A DNA stretch of 64,000 bases from Macrostomum hystrix (Eukaryota > Animalia > Platyhelminthes), in NCBI GenBank assembly GCA_950097015.1, contig CATNEN010000010.1, positions 1,054,001 to 1,118,000 of the forward strand, written 5' to 3'. Positions 24,601-35,562 of the stretch are shown one piece after another (position 1 is the first letter of the stretch; each line of letters begins with the position of its first letter). The position numbers and the translations under genes are program-made. Under the pieces are notes generated by a model. The model had not been told where the DNA came from. It made no database searches and saw only the letters and a program-made list of their open reading frames with translations.

Positions 24601-26497
24601 GAGTTATAAAAGTTAAAGTTAAAGTCGAAGTTAAAAAAAGTAAAAAAGGGACAATTAAATTTAAATAAAAATTTTAATAACGCTCGTCAGCTGTCCACGT
24701 TTCATTGTAATTGCGATTTGTGGAACGCGTTTTTATAAATGAAAGCAAATGAAAAACGCTAAACTTATTTGCATTTTTAAAGAACTGAAAGTAGATAAAG
24801 TGCGACTTTGGGGCTGCTTGCTGATCTTGTTGTTGCTGAAAGTAGCTAAAGTGTGACTTTGGGGCTGCTTGCTGATCTTGTTGTTGCTGAAAGTAGCTAA
24901 AGTGTGACTTTGGGGCTGCTTGCTGATCTTGTTGTTGCTGAAAGTAGCTAAAGTGTGACTTTGGGGCTGCTTGCTGATCTTGTTGTTGCTGAAAGTAGCT
25001 AAAGTGTGACTTTGGGGCTGCTTGCTGATCTTGTTGTTGCTGAAAGTAGGTAAAGTGTGACTTTGGGGCTGCTTGCTGATCTTGTTGTTGCTGAAAGTAG
25101 CTAAAGTGTGACTTTAGGGGCTGCTTGCTGATCTTGTTGTTGCTGAAAGTAGCTAAAGTGTGACTTTAGGGGCTGCTTGCTGATCTTGTTGTTGCTGAAA
25201 GTAGCTAAAGTGTGACTTTAGGGGCTGCTTGCTGATCTTGTTGTTGCTGAAAGTAGGTAAAGTGTGACTTTGGGGCTGCTTGCTGATCTTGTTGTTGCTG
25301 AAAGTAGCTAAAGTGTGACTTTAGGGGCTGCTTGCTGATCTTGTTGTTGCTGAAAGTAGCTAAAGTGTGACTTTAGGGGCTGCTTGCTGATCTTGTTGTT
25401 GCTGAAAGTAGCTAAAGTGTGACTTTAGGGGCTGCTTGCTGATCTTGTTGTTGCTGAAAGTAGCTAAAGTGTGACTTTAGGGGCTGCTTGCTGATCTTGT
25501 TGTTGCTGAAAGTAGGTAAAGTGTGACTTTGGGGCTGCTTGCTGATCTTGTTGTTGCTGAAAGTAGCTAAAGTGTGACTTTAGGGGCTGCTTGCTGATCT
25601 TGTTGTTGCTGAAAGTAGGTAAAGTGTGACTTTGGGGGTGCTTGCTGATCTTGTTGTTGCTGAAAGTAGGTAAAGTGTGACTTTGGGGCTGCTTGCTGAT
25701 CTTGTTGTTGCTGAAAGTAGGTAAAGTGTGACTTTGGGGCTGCTTGCTGATCTTGTTGTTGCTGAAAGTAGGTAAAGTGTGACTTTGGGGCTGCTTGCTG
25801 ATCTTGTTGTTGCTGAAAGTAGGTAAAGTGTGACTTTGGGGCTGAATATTTTATTTGAGTGTTTTATAATTTCATACTTTTTATCTGTGGCTCAAGCACA
25901 AGCTACAACAGAAATCCGAAGCTCACCAATGCCATTTCTACTTGGAACTTGGAGCTCAGTTTCTGCAAAGCCATGCAAGCATCTTGCTCAGAATGAAGCT
26001 GGACAAAACCGAGGCCTGGAATTTGGTATAATTTAAAATAAAATCATTTTCAACAAGTTTAAAAACTGATGTGCTCGATTCTAAACAGTAGAATCGAATA
26101 AATGAACTGTGATAAAAGCTTCTCGTACGTGAATTCATTCTACATGAAGTTGCTAAATCCATCCATTCAAAGCCAGGTTATTTTTTACTGCAGCCTTCTT
26201 TCTAGGCTGGCCGATCGTCTCAGCGGCCATAGTACTTGAGCACACAGCCTAACTCAAAAACTTTAAACAGACAATTATCACAGTAGCCAAAAGCAAACCT
26301 TTGCACCGGCCGGTCTGCTTGTCAAACACGGCTTGGGTGTAGACGATGGCTGTATCAGAAACTCCAACATCCAGCATCTGCTGCCGAATGGTGCGATCGT
26401 TGTCATAAGGAGACAAACCCCGAATGAAAAGGCAAGTCTTGCTTAAGCACCTATTCTTGTGGCAACTTCTGGCTGTCTCTCCATTTGAGGGCAGCAT
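21612..26497 (-). CDS. Spliced ~1053-aa protein: RRM + RRM + TPR/IFIT-like superhelix + C-terminal HEPN-like domain
   Basis: Exons 26497-26299, 26015-25927, 24598-24230 and 24116-21612 join in frame through GT-AG junctions. RRM1 is CLFIRGL..FDKQTGRCK|GLGFVQL and RRM2 is CVYVWNLP..GISFGFISV. TPR-like helices include KALAFFHQGINKYKEAEEAAMISLSIQPDN and EHLGLLHMSSQEFKSAVDNF. The start codon is not certain. Confidence 0.82.
24790..25845. repeat. 51/52-bp satellite, ~20 copies, in intron 2 of the RRM-TPR gene
   Basis: Unit TGCTGAAAGTAGCTAAAGTGTGACTTT(A)GGGGCTGCTTGCTGATCTTGTTGT. Confidence 0.97.
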
Positions 26498-27399
26498 TCT
26501 GCAGTGCACTGCAGCTTTCAGTCTGTTTTGAAAGAAACAAGAGCAGACGCAAATGTGAGCTGATAAGCGATTGCTTACGAGCAAGAGTTAAAATACGAGT
26601 ATTTATATGCCTCGCCTTATCAGCTAGGAATAGCATAAGCTTAGTCTGTTTCTTGCACATTCTTTCCTACGCTTGCGCCTGTGCGAACTGTGTATCTACG
26701 TAGAGTGTTGGGCCGTCTGTCGCCCCACCCTTACTTTCAGCCTGGAGATCGTGTGCGCTGTGCGCCTCTCGCTTGCACTCTCTCCCCTCTCTCCCTTGGA
26801 TTCCACATTTCCATGGTGACAGGTCACAGAGTTTTTACGAGTACTTGTCCCACTTTCTGCTACAACTCTGTACTTTACATTGTTAAATATAATTGAAAGT
26901 ATTGCCAACCAGACCTCTCCTCACGTTCGTTTGTTCCCTCCCCGCTCGCCCTGCGAGCAAGGCCAGGTCTGAGCCTCAACTGGGCTGCAAGTAAGAACGC
27001 AGCCAAGAAAAAATGCTTGGTGACTCCAAGGTCTTCAAAGCTGACAGGCAAAAGGAAACATCAAAAACATCAATTGTTTCACTTTGTGAACGGCTGGTCA
27101 GAAATGCACGCCGAGCAAAAGAACGTGAGAATTGTCTTCGTGAGAACATGAGAACGTGAGAAAGAACGAACGAAACTCTCGTTCCCCAAAATTATTTGCA
27201 TTCTTTGGCGAATTCCAGAAATAGCGCGACAGAAATTAAGTACTAAAATTCTATTTTCGTATATGACGCGCTAGGTCCCAAGCACAGAAAATAGCAAAAA
27301 AGTTTCTTCCTGTCTGGAAATTTTTATTACGAGCGTATCAATATACAAATATTCAATGCGTAAAATTTAGTCTAATTTACTATGTTAATGAGAAATGAG

Positions 27400-30300
27400 T
27401 TAAATGACGCGAAATATGAGCAGGCCAAGAAAGCTTCCGGCATTATCATCCCGAGCGCCTAACACTCTGAGTTCGCTTCCGGATGGCCCAGTCCTAGCTT
27501 TGAATTTGAACCCGGAGCACGACCTCCGATGTACTGACTGGCCCTGGCATTCCACCATCACGGCCCTGAGGCTCGGAGAGCCCAGCCTGAACTTAATTTC
27601 GCTGTTCGCTCGCAGCTCGCCGTCTCTTGGACATTTGAGCACTACTTGCTCCACCAGCGACCGGTTGAGGATTTCCGGAAACGGCCTCCTTTGCCGCAGC
27701 GGACTGCTGCAAACGATGAGGAAGTTTGCGAACTCCGCGATAGTATCGCTGCCAGACCCGACGTCCTTACAGAAAAGAATGAGCCTGTGGAATCCTCGTC
27801 GATGCATCCTCACCCTGACTTTCAGAGTCTGCTCAACCATCTCAAGGAGAGCAAAGCACTTCTGAGGTTCGCTGTCTTCGGCAGACTGCAACTGCGCGGA
27901 TGCACAGATAAGCTGCTGAGCTGGCAGCTTCAGTTTGATCTCGCCAACCCTCGCTTTAAAGTAGAAAGCTTGGCTTCGCAAGTCTTTTGAGAAGCCGCAC
28001 CGCTCAGGACTACGGATGATGCCATAGAAGCCATCGAAATCTGGAAATGGATCCAGCCTCGCATTCCTCGATGATCTTAACTCATAAGATGCCAGCAGGT
28101 CTAATGTCATTGCTGTAATATCTGTTGTGCCAAACACCTGCAGTGTCCAGGTTATTCCACAGCTCGGCGGTCTGGCGGTCACTGTGGCCTTATTAGTTGC
28201 GTGGTTTAGAACGGTGGCTATGTATTTTCCTGAACTGACCTTCTCCCCAGTCCTCGGGTTCACAAAAACAGCACGGAAATTTGTTAAAGGCAACCCAAGT
28301 CCTTTAAATTTTAGCACAGCCTCGTCACGCACGCCAATAAACCCGTCGGGGCTGAACCTCCAGTCCACTCGATGCTTCCAACAGTTTGCGATATCTGGAA
28401 ACGGCCTAGGAGCAGGTAGCGGTCGGCTGCAATCGATGAGGTAGTTAGCCAGTGCGGGAATCCTCTCCGCTCGGCTGTCCTCCTTGTTCGCGCAGAAAAG
28501 AGTCAATCGGTAGAAGCCCATTCGGTGCAGTCTCAAGCTAATTGTCAGTTCCTGCTCCTGCTGTTCGAGCAGGCAGAACTTGCTCCCATCAAGCTCTTCA
28601 TCCTCCGCGAATCGCAGACTCACTGAGGCGTTCAATGGCCCATGGGTTTTGAACTTAAGCTGCATCTCGCTGCCATCATACTTCAGCCGGAATCCAGGCC
28701 TGTTGCAAAATTTCTTGGTGAAGCCGCAACTTTGAGGATCTCTTTGTAGGCCGTAGAAGGCACCGAAGTTCGGGAATTTCTTCAATCTAGTTGTCCTCTT
28801 TGCAAGAATTTGGTAAGAGACCAAACCGCGAGACGCAAGAGTGCCATCAGTACTGCCGTAGATTCGAAGCTCCCAGAAGCTGCCCACAGCTGGTGGTCGG
28901 GCGGTAACGGTTGCTTCGTTTTTTCGGCGGTCTAGAACAGTCGCTACGTGGATTGCGCTGTCGACTTTTACCTGTGTATCAGGATTAAAAAAGCTGGCAG
29001 AGAAATTTGTCAGAGGATCTCCGCGTCCCTTGAACTTCATAGTTACTTCCGTGTCAACCTTAACCAAAGCGTTCTTGTGCGACACAAGCTTAACGTCGCA
29101 GTCAAAACAGCTCTCCTGCCTTCTGACGCGCCGGTGAAATGTTGCCAAGTCGATCGGTCTCGGGAGCATCTGCCACCTCTTGCTCTCCACCATGTTTGAG
29201 TTGACGTAGGGAAAATGGTCCTCGATGAAGACATTGGGATCGGGAAGGAAGTAGAAGTCAGTCTCTTGCTTGACAAACTGATTGTCAATTGCATGACCAG
29301 CGCCACAAGTACAGTCCATGAACTTCCAGGTGCCGTTGAGCTTCACTGCATTCCACGCGTGATTTGGGCACGGCTCCGCGGTCAGCGCTCTGACAGGGTT
29401 ATACCCCACACCTTTGCAGATGCCTGTGATTAGCTTGTGCTCGATCGCCATTAGGCTGTTGGAGTGAACAGGGTGATAGCAGGTTTGATTAATTAGTACA
29501 TAGGAAATGTTGAGAAGGAAGAGTTCGAATTGTTTTTTGCATATCATTTAAAGTAAACAATAACACGTTGAAATTAACAATAGCATGTTGTGACTATTCA
29601 AGTCAACACGATCTATTTAGTCCTGGAAGCATTCCGGACAACCAGAAAAGAAAAGAAAAGCTTGACTGCCTCAGCGCTGCTGCTGTTTGGCGAGAGGCAG
29701 TCGGCGCAGTGGTTGCTGTACAGGAGGCACCGAGGCGTTGATCGTCGGCTTGTGCACAGCCCCCTTGCAGAGACCGATTGATCCACTGAAGACTGCTGGG
29801 AACTCGCTCGCGATGTCGACGCTGCCGATTTTCATGCCGTCGTCTGGCGGCTGCAAGCTGACTCGAAACCCGAGCTTCTCCATCAGATCGCGGCCAACGA
29901 TGTTCTCGCCGGACTTTGTGATGTGGAAGTCGTGCTGCAGCTGCAGAGTGCCGTACCTGACGACGATCGCCGCGACACCAGCGAGGGCAATTTGCTTCCC
30001 GCCGTACGCTCGCAGCTGCACGGATGACGACCGTAGCGCAGGTTGCCTAGACTCCTGGCAGTGTCCTCGTTGAGCAAAGACACCTTGGCTCCGCAGTCGA
30101 CCATCAGGCTGACGATCTCCTGGCTCTGGCCCAGCTGGAGCTGAACCCGAATCTCGTCGCTGCCGTGCACCGCGTAAATAGTGATCGATTCCTCTGCACT
30201 GACTTGCAGGGCTTTGCTCCGACAGAACCGGCTGAAGTGGTTGGATTTGCCGCAGTTATTGCACTTCTTGCCGTGCGCCGGGCACTTAGCCTTAGCGTCA

Positions 30301-32392
30301 TGGCTCCTGCCGCATCGCTGACAGAGCCCTCTTGCTGCGGCTTCTTGTTGAATTGCGCGCTGCTTTGGACATGCTGCCTCGGCGCCTCTCGCACTGCCTG
30401 GACGGTTCCGGGCATGCTGGCCGCCGCCATTGCCTTGCTGCCAGCAGCCGCATTCTCGATAGTGCTCGCGATGACGATCGCTTGCTCCAGCGTTAGCCTG
30501 GCGGCGTCCTCCGTCAGTAGGCGTTCGCGGATCCGGGAACTGCTGGTTTTCTCGGCTAATTGGTCGCGAATCATTTCGTCTGCCATGCCTCCGTAGTTAC
30601 AGGTGGCTGCCAGCTCCCGCAGAGCTGCGACGAACGTGGCGGCGTTCTCTCCCGGCAGCTGCTGTCGCTCCCGGAATCTATGCCGCGCAAGCATCACGTT
30701 CAGCCTGTCGCCGAATACCGTCGTCAGCTGATTGCGAGTCTCCCAGTAGGATTGGCCATCGATGATTGCGTTTCGTGCTCTAGCGATACGCTGCCCTTCA
30801 AAGCCCAAGAGATGCAGAAGTATGTTCTGACACAACGTTGCCCGTCGCGCTGCCTCCTCTGTCGGAGCTTCCTCCCCCACTGGTTGTGGTGGGCGACTTG
30901 TGCAGCCTAGCAATGGAAGTCGAATCCATCGAGCCATCTATTCCAGGGGACCGTCGGAAATCCGCTGCATGGCAGAAACGGTGCCGGTGGGCTTACGTTT
31001 AGGTTGAGGGCCATCCTCGTCGCCAGTTGTTGTACTATTCAAGTCAACACGATCTATTTAGTCCTGGAAGCATTCCGGACAACCAGAAAAGAAAAGAAAA
31101 GCATTGACTGCCTCAGCGCAGCACGTGCTTTTATATTTGTCAAAACCGAAAAAACCCATCGATCGATAAGTTTCAAACACTCGGTTTAATATTAAATATA
31201 ACTCGCACTTACTGACGCGTTTACTAATAGTAGCACGCACGCAACGCAAAACCAATGCACCCAAAAATGGTGGCCCAGAAAAGGGCCGTTTTAGCAAGTC
31301 ACTACACAACATAAAGTATGACAGCAAACACGGCTACTTACTCGCACAGACGGCCTGCAAGAGCTGCGCATCCCGCAACGTAGCCGAACTCGGCGCCAAG
31401 TGTGGCCTCTGTTCCAGCTGGGAAAACCAATCTACTCTGATAGTTCCGCTCAATTCTGTAACTAAAAGTGTTCGTGATTGTCTGTAATATGTGAGACTGA
31501 GATTTTATATGGCCTAATGGCAAAATTAAATATTTCGATGTCTAGGTAGATACTGACGTTATGTTTGCGGTGACCCATTTGTAGATGGCACGAACTTTCT
31601 CCAAGTCGCTGCTGGCAGCCGAGGCCAGGTACTCAGCCAAAGACTTCAGCGATTGGATGGCAGCTGGTGGAGCCTGTGTGATGAAATGTATACTGATGAC
31701 ATTTTTAAGATGCTCACTAGCACTATATATTTTCTTGAAACTTCATATTTTAGCCAGGGTATTTTGAATCGATCAGCAATAGCTCTCAAAAACTATATGT
31801 AGTTTTCTCAAACATCTCATAAAGTAGCATCCCTATAAGACTGCAGAAAGATTAAAAAACTTTGTCAAGTCTTAAATTCACACACCCTTAGGGCGTGATC
31901 GTCAATCCGTTTTAGAGCTGACCAGTCTCGCTTTCGAGCCGCTCGGTGCTTGCTGGCGACGTTCTGAAACTCCGAGGGGCGTGTTTTTTAGAACAAGAGT
32001 GTATTTAAAATTTTCCTATTTCTAGTTATTAAGTCTGGAGCACTTACTCGGCAAATTCCACAGCCTTGGCAAACTCCACAGTCTCGGCAAACTCCACAGT
32101 CTCGGCAAACTCCACAGTCTCGGCAAACTCCACAGTCTCGGCAAACTCCACAGACTCGGCAAACTCCACAGTCTCGGCAAATTCCACAGCCTTGGCAAAC
32201 TCCACAGTCTCGGCAAACTCCACAGTCTCGGCAAACTCCACAGTCTCGGCAAATTCCACAGCCTTGGCAAACTCCACAGTCTCGGCAAACTCCACAGACT
32301 CGACAAGCTCCACAGTCTCGGCAAAGTCCACAGTCTCGGCAATGTCCACAGTCTCGGCAAAGTCCACAGTCTCGGCTCGCTCCACAGCCCAT
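27400..32392 (-). CDS. KY-like paralog D (~904 aa): Cys-rich N-terminal repeat, catalytic Cys replaced by Val, duplicated Ig-like unit
   Basis: Exons 32392-32048 (MGCGAS(RDCGxC)n), 31963-31886 (DWSALKRIDDHALR), 31673-31558 (116 nt, SDLEKVRAIYKWVTANI), 31461-31342 (120 nt, FGYVAGCAALAGRLC) and 29455-27400 (NHAWNAVKL, FMDCTCGAG). The frame is continuous. Confidence 0.88.
29586..31120 (-). mobile_element. Internally deleted Ty3/Gypsy LTR retrotransposon in an intron of paralog D (gag, protease, start of RT region; ~92-bp LTR-like direct repeats)
   Basis: Direct repeats at 29586-29677 and 31028-31120. PBS TGGCGACGAGGATGG at 31025-31011. Gag-like ORF 30937-30104 (ARHRFRERQQLPGE..FVAALRELAATCNYG..IRDQL), protease LMVDCGAKVSLL and pre-RT PPVQQPLRRLP. 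No RT core, RNase H or integrase. Confidence 0.9.
32050..32385 (-). repeat. 18-bp coding tandem repeat (GCCGAGACTGTGGAGTTT; CRDCGV x ~18) forming exon 1 of paralog D
   Basis: Lies between the ATG at 32392 and an in-phase GTAAGT donor at 32047. Confidence 0.85.
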
Positions 32393-33459
32393 TGTCTCGG
32401 ATATTTAGTCGTGACTTTCAATTTAAGCGATTATGACTTTCTCTGTTAAGTATTTCTGCTTTCAAGTTGAAAAGCGAGCCTTATCTGCACTAATGGTGCC
32501 AGCCAAAAAGGGTTATCTCAATTTCATGCCACTCGTCCATGCATGCGAGAGCCAAAAACAGTCCGAACCAACCACCGGTTGAGACAAAGCTTGTAATTTG
32601 GGCACATTTTAGTTTATGTCCATAACTATTAATGTGTTTAAAGTGAAAGGCTGCCCAAAGGAAGAGAACATGGATCAGACAACAATCAGTTTTTACTGCT
32701 TGGCATAAAAACAAGTCCGGGGCTAGTCCCCAAGTTGCCTTACTGATCTGATAAATAAAATAAACACTTTGCTATTCGACTACAAGTCATCACCGTTTTT
32801 TCTCACCTATAGTTGCTAAGTGCAAGATAATTTCGATATCTCGAAGAGTAGTGCTTAGTAACCAGTCAAAGACAGCCAAGACGCCCCTCATTCGATCGGC
32901 GTGCAGGTTGCATTCGAAAACCGCCCACCATTTGCATCTAAAGCGTTCACCAGCATTATCACAAGCCACAGGATCAGCCACAAGCCACACATCAGACCAG
33001 GCCCACCGTAAGGCCGATGGCATTCCAGAGAAAATACTCGAAAACCAATCCCTAAGCAAGCTGCTCCGCATCTCTGAAACCGATTGGTGAGCTGCGCTGC
33101 GAGAGTGGCTCGCCGTGTACCACAGGACGCCGGCACGGGAATCCTCGCCGATCTGATGTTTGTAACGCCGTTCGCAGACAGCATTGGGGGTGCTGACCGG
33201 CGGGCAGCGATTTCAAGCGTGACTGTGACTATACTCTCTGACTAATGAAAAAACTGACTCGCTGACAGACATAATTTTCTGAAAAATGCTATTCATCTCA
33301 TAAATAACTTATTTCGTCACTACCCTTCCTTACCTACGAGCGTAATGTATCATAACGTTTTTTCATTGTTGCTTTATTTCTTTCAATGCCGCTAAGCAGT
33401 CACCGTACATTTAGTTTCGATCGAGCCTGTTGAATTTGAAAAATAGCTTCCTTTCTTTA

Positions 33460-33635
33460 ACATCCCATTTTATACTGGGATGTAAATCAAACGTGGTTGA
33501 GCTGTTGTTTTCTAACTCGCAGAACTATGCTTAGATAGAAACATCCCATTTTATACTGGGATGTAAATCAAACGTGGTTGAGCTGTTGTTTTCTAACTCG
33601 CAGAACTATGCTTAGATAGAAACATCTCATTTTTA
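33460..33635. repeat. ~81-bp direct repeat x2 plus a partial third copy, each full copy with a CATCCCA..TGGGATG hairpin
   Basis: Direct reading. Confidence 0.85.
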
Positions 33636-33888
33636 GCATCGTGGATCCAAAATGTAACAGTGTAGGAAAGAAAAACTGCCATAAAGTGGGAATTTAAGCA
33701 CTTAATCGTCGTTTGAAGTGGTTTTCGCAGATGCAATCACAGACTTCGATTGCTTCTGTGGCAGAGGTGAGTGTGGGGGATCCATCCTTAATTAGGAAAG
33801 CATCCCTACCTGAACTAGAGAATGCAAACTTAGGGTCCTATTGAAAATTTGCCTCTAACTTTTAATAACTTTTAATATACTTTTAATA

Positions 33889-34600
33889 TGTTGTGTCTTG
33901 GCCTAATGGCCGACGGAGGGAGATGGGGTTGGGTCCACCTGCCCGAGACACCCAGGTCCCAGACCGACCCTGCCTACGCCTAACAGACCTGATTGATTCA
34001 GCGAGAGTTCACTGAGCCAACCGCCCTGAGACTAGCGAGAGTTCACTCGTCTCAGGTCCCTAACGGAGCGAGAGTTCACTCAGTACGCCCCACCGGCCCG
34101 ACGCGGTACTCCCCGGAATGAGGAAGACACGAGCTCACCTTGAACTTCTCCACGCAAGCTGATCGGCTCTACTCGTTTATTGCCGGCACTTGAATAACAA
34201 CTATGATTGGTAGATAGGCAATGCACAGACTTGCAGAAAGGCAGGTAGGAAGTCGAAGCGGACGGGGTTACAGATAGGGCGGGGCGACTACTTATATAAC
34301 TTACTGTACAGGGGCAGAGAAGAGGGAGAGAGAAAAATGAGACACAAAGCCTGGGTCACTGGCGACTTATCCGGCCGCCAGCCAATGCGAGTGGCCCAGG
34401 TGGGGGGAGGGGTAGAGAGAGGCGCGGCTAGCGCAACGCTGGGGCACGGGCAGGTGGGCGCTGAGAAGAAAAAAGGGGGGCTAGGCCGGGGTTGAGGCGT
34501 AAGCCTCTTACAAACCCTGACCTAGGCTGGCACGGGTGTAGGAAGGGGTGGGGCAGACAAACAACGCAGAGGGCAAAAAGTGCATTTGCACGGCACAACA
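33889..34600 (-). mobile_element. Probable solo LTR (~712 bp)
   Basis: Ends are TGTTGTG..CACAACA (7-bp terminal inverted repeat). On the minus strand a TATA-like TATATAAG (~34295) precedes AATAAA (~34180). Three AGCGAGAGTTCACT repeats at 34000, 34034 and 34067. No matching TSD. Confidence 0.6.
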
Positions 34601-34750
34601 CTTCATCTGAAAGCTTTGGGCTTTCAGATCATGAAGTACATGACATTGAACAACGCTGAGCAAGGGTTTTAATGAAAATCGTTAAACTATGTCTATGGGA
34701 ATTCCCTAAGGGAATCCCCTTTGGATTCTTGTATTTCAAACGTTAAGTGT

Positions 34751-34886
34751 GTATTTTCGTTGAGCAACGCTGGGATTCCCGCCATTAAATGCCGCGGGGT
34801 TTTAATGGACGACATTAAAACCCCGGTGGAATGTCTATGGTGCAAACAGAACAGCTGGGAATCGCAGCGTTGCTCAATGAAAATAC
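34751..34886. repeat. Nested foldback: 22-bp outer inverted repeat (1 mismatch) plus a perfect 12-bp inner hairpin
   Basis: GTATTTTCGTTGAGCAACGCTG (34751-34772) pairs with CAGCGTTGCTCAATGAAAATAC (34865-34886). GGGGTTTTAATG (34796-34807) pairs with CATTAAAACCCC (34813-34824). Confidence 0.85.
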
Positions 34887-34926
34887 ATACAGGCTATTTC
34901 GGGCGCTGCGCGTCCTCGGTCACAGC

Positions 34927-34990
34927 CACAGATACTATAATAACTTTAGTACTTGAATAATAACTATAATAAGTTATTATAGTATCTGTG
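34927..34990. mobile_element. 64-bp MITE with ~19-bp TIRs and an 8-bp TSD (GTCACAGC), hAT-like
   Basis: CACAGATACTATAATAACT..AGTTATTATAGTATCTGTG, flanked on both sides by GTCACAGC. Confidence 0.85.
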
Positions 34991-35562
34991 GTCACAGCCA
35001 TTGAAAACCTCAATAGCCGGTATATATTCTCTTACAGTAAAAACAGTACGAGTAAGCTTGAAACCAGTTACAAAGTATCGTGGTATTCCAGAAGAGTCAA
35101 ATTTAGCCAATTCATCCTCATGTTTTACTAGCGCAATTGCCATCCAGTGCACTATTTTCTGTGATCCAGTGAATTCCTTCCATCCAAAAATTTACTGAAA
35201 CACATCTCATTGATTGCCTACACTATCTTATTGGTTGGAACAACATTTTAAACAGTAAATCGAAGTATAAAAACAAGAGGAGCAGCAACATCGCAGAAAA
35301 CGATAGTCAAAATTGCTTCTTAATTACTCGATAGACAGGAGGAAGAGAGTTTCTCACAAGAGGAATTTAACGCACGTGGGAGGGCGACCTTCTGCACCGC
35401 AGTCAGTTCATATAAAAGCGGGTCAGTTCAGTGTTTCGCAGATTAAAAATAAATAAATAAAATCTGTAATAAAAATGGAAACCTGTTTCCGATCCAACAA
35501 GCAGCATAATAAAAGTTTGGTTTGCGCAATTTACTTGGAGCGTAGCGGAAAGCTAGCTTGAA

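Noticed and set aside
24790-25845. CRISPR-like regular spacing in this and other arrays
   Set aside because: The units are head-to-tail with no unique spacers, there are no cas genes, and the context is a eukaryotic intron.
27400-29547. 715-aa ORF as a complete single-exon gene
   Set aside because: Its first ~30 codons are intronic. The real exon starts at 29455 and joins four upstream exons beyond the Gypsy insertion.
32490-33184. Short hydrophobic ORFs upstream of paralog D
   Set aside because: No family motif that I can name, and the frames are interrupted by stops.
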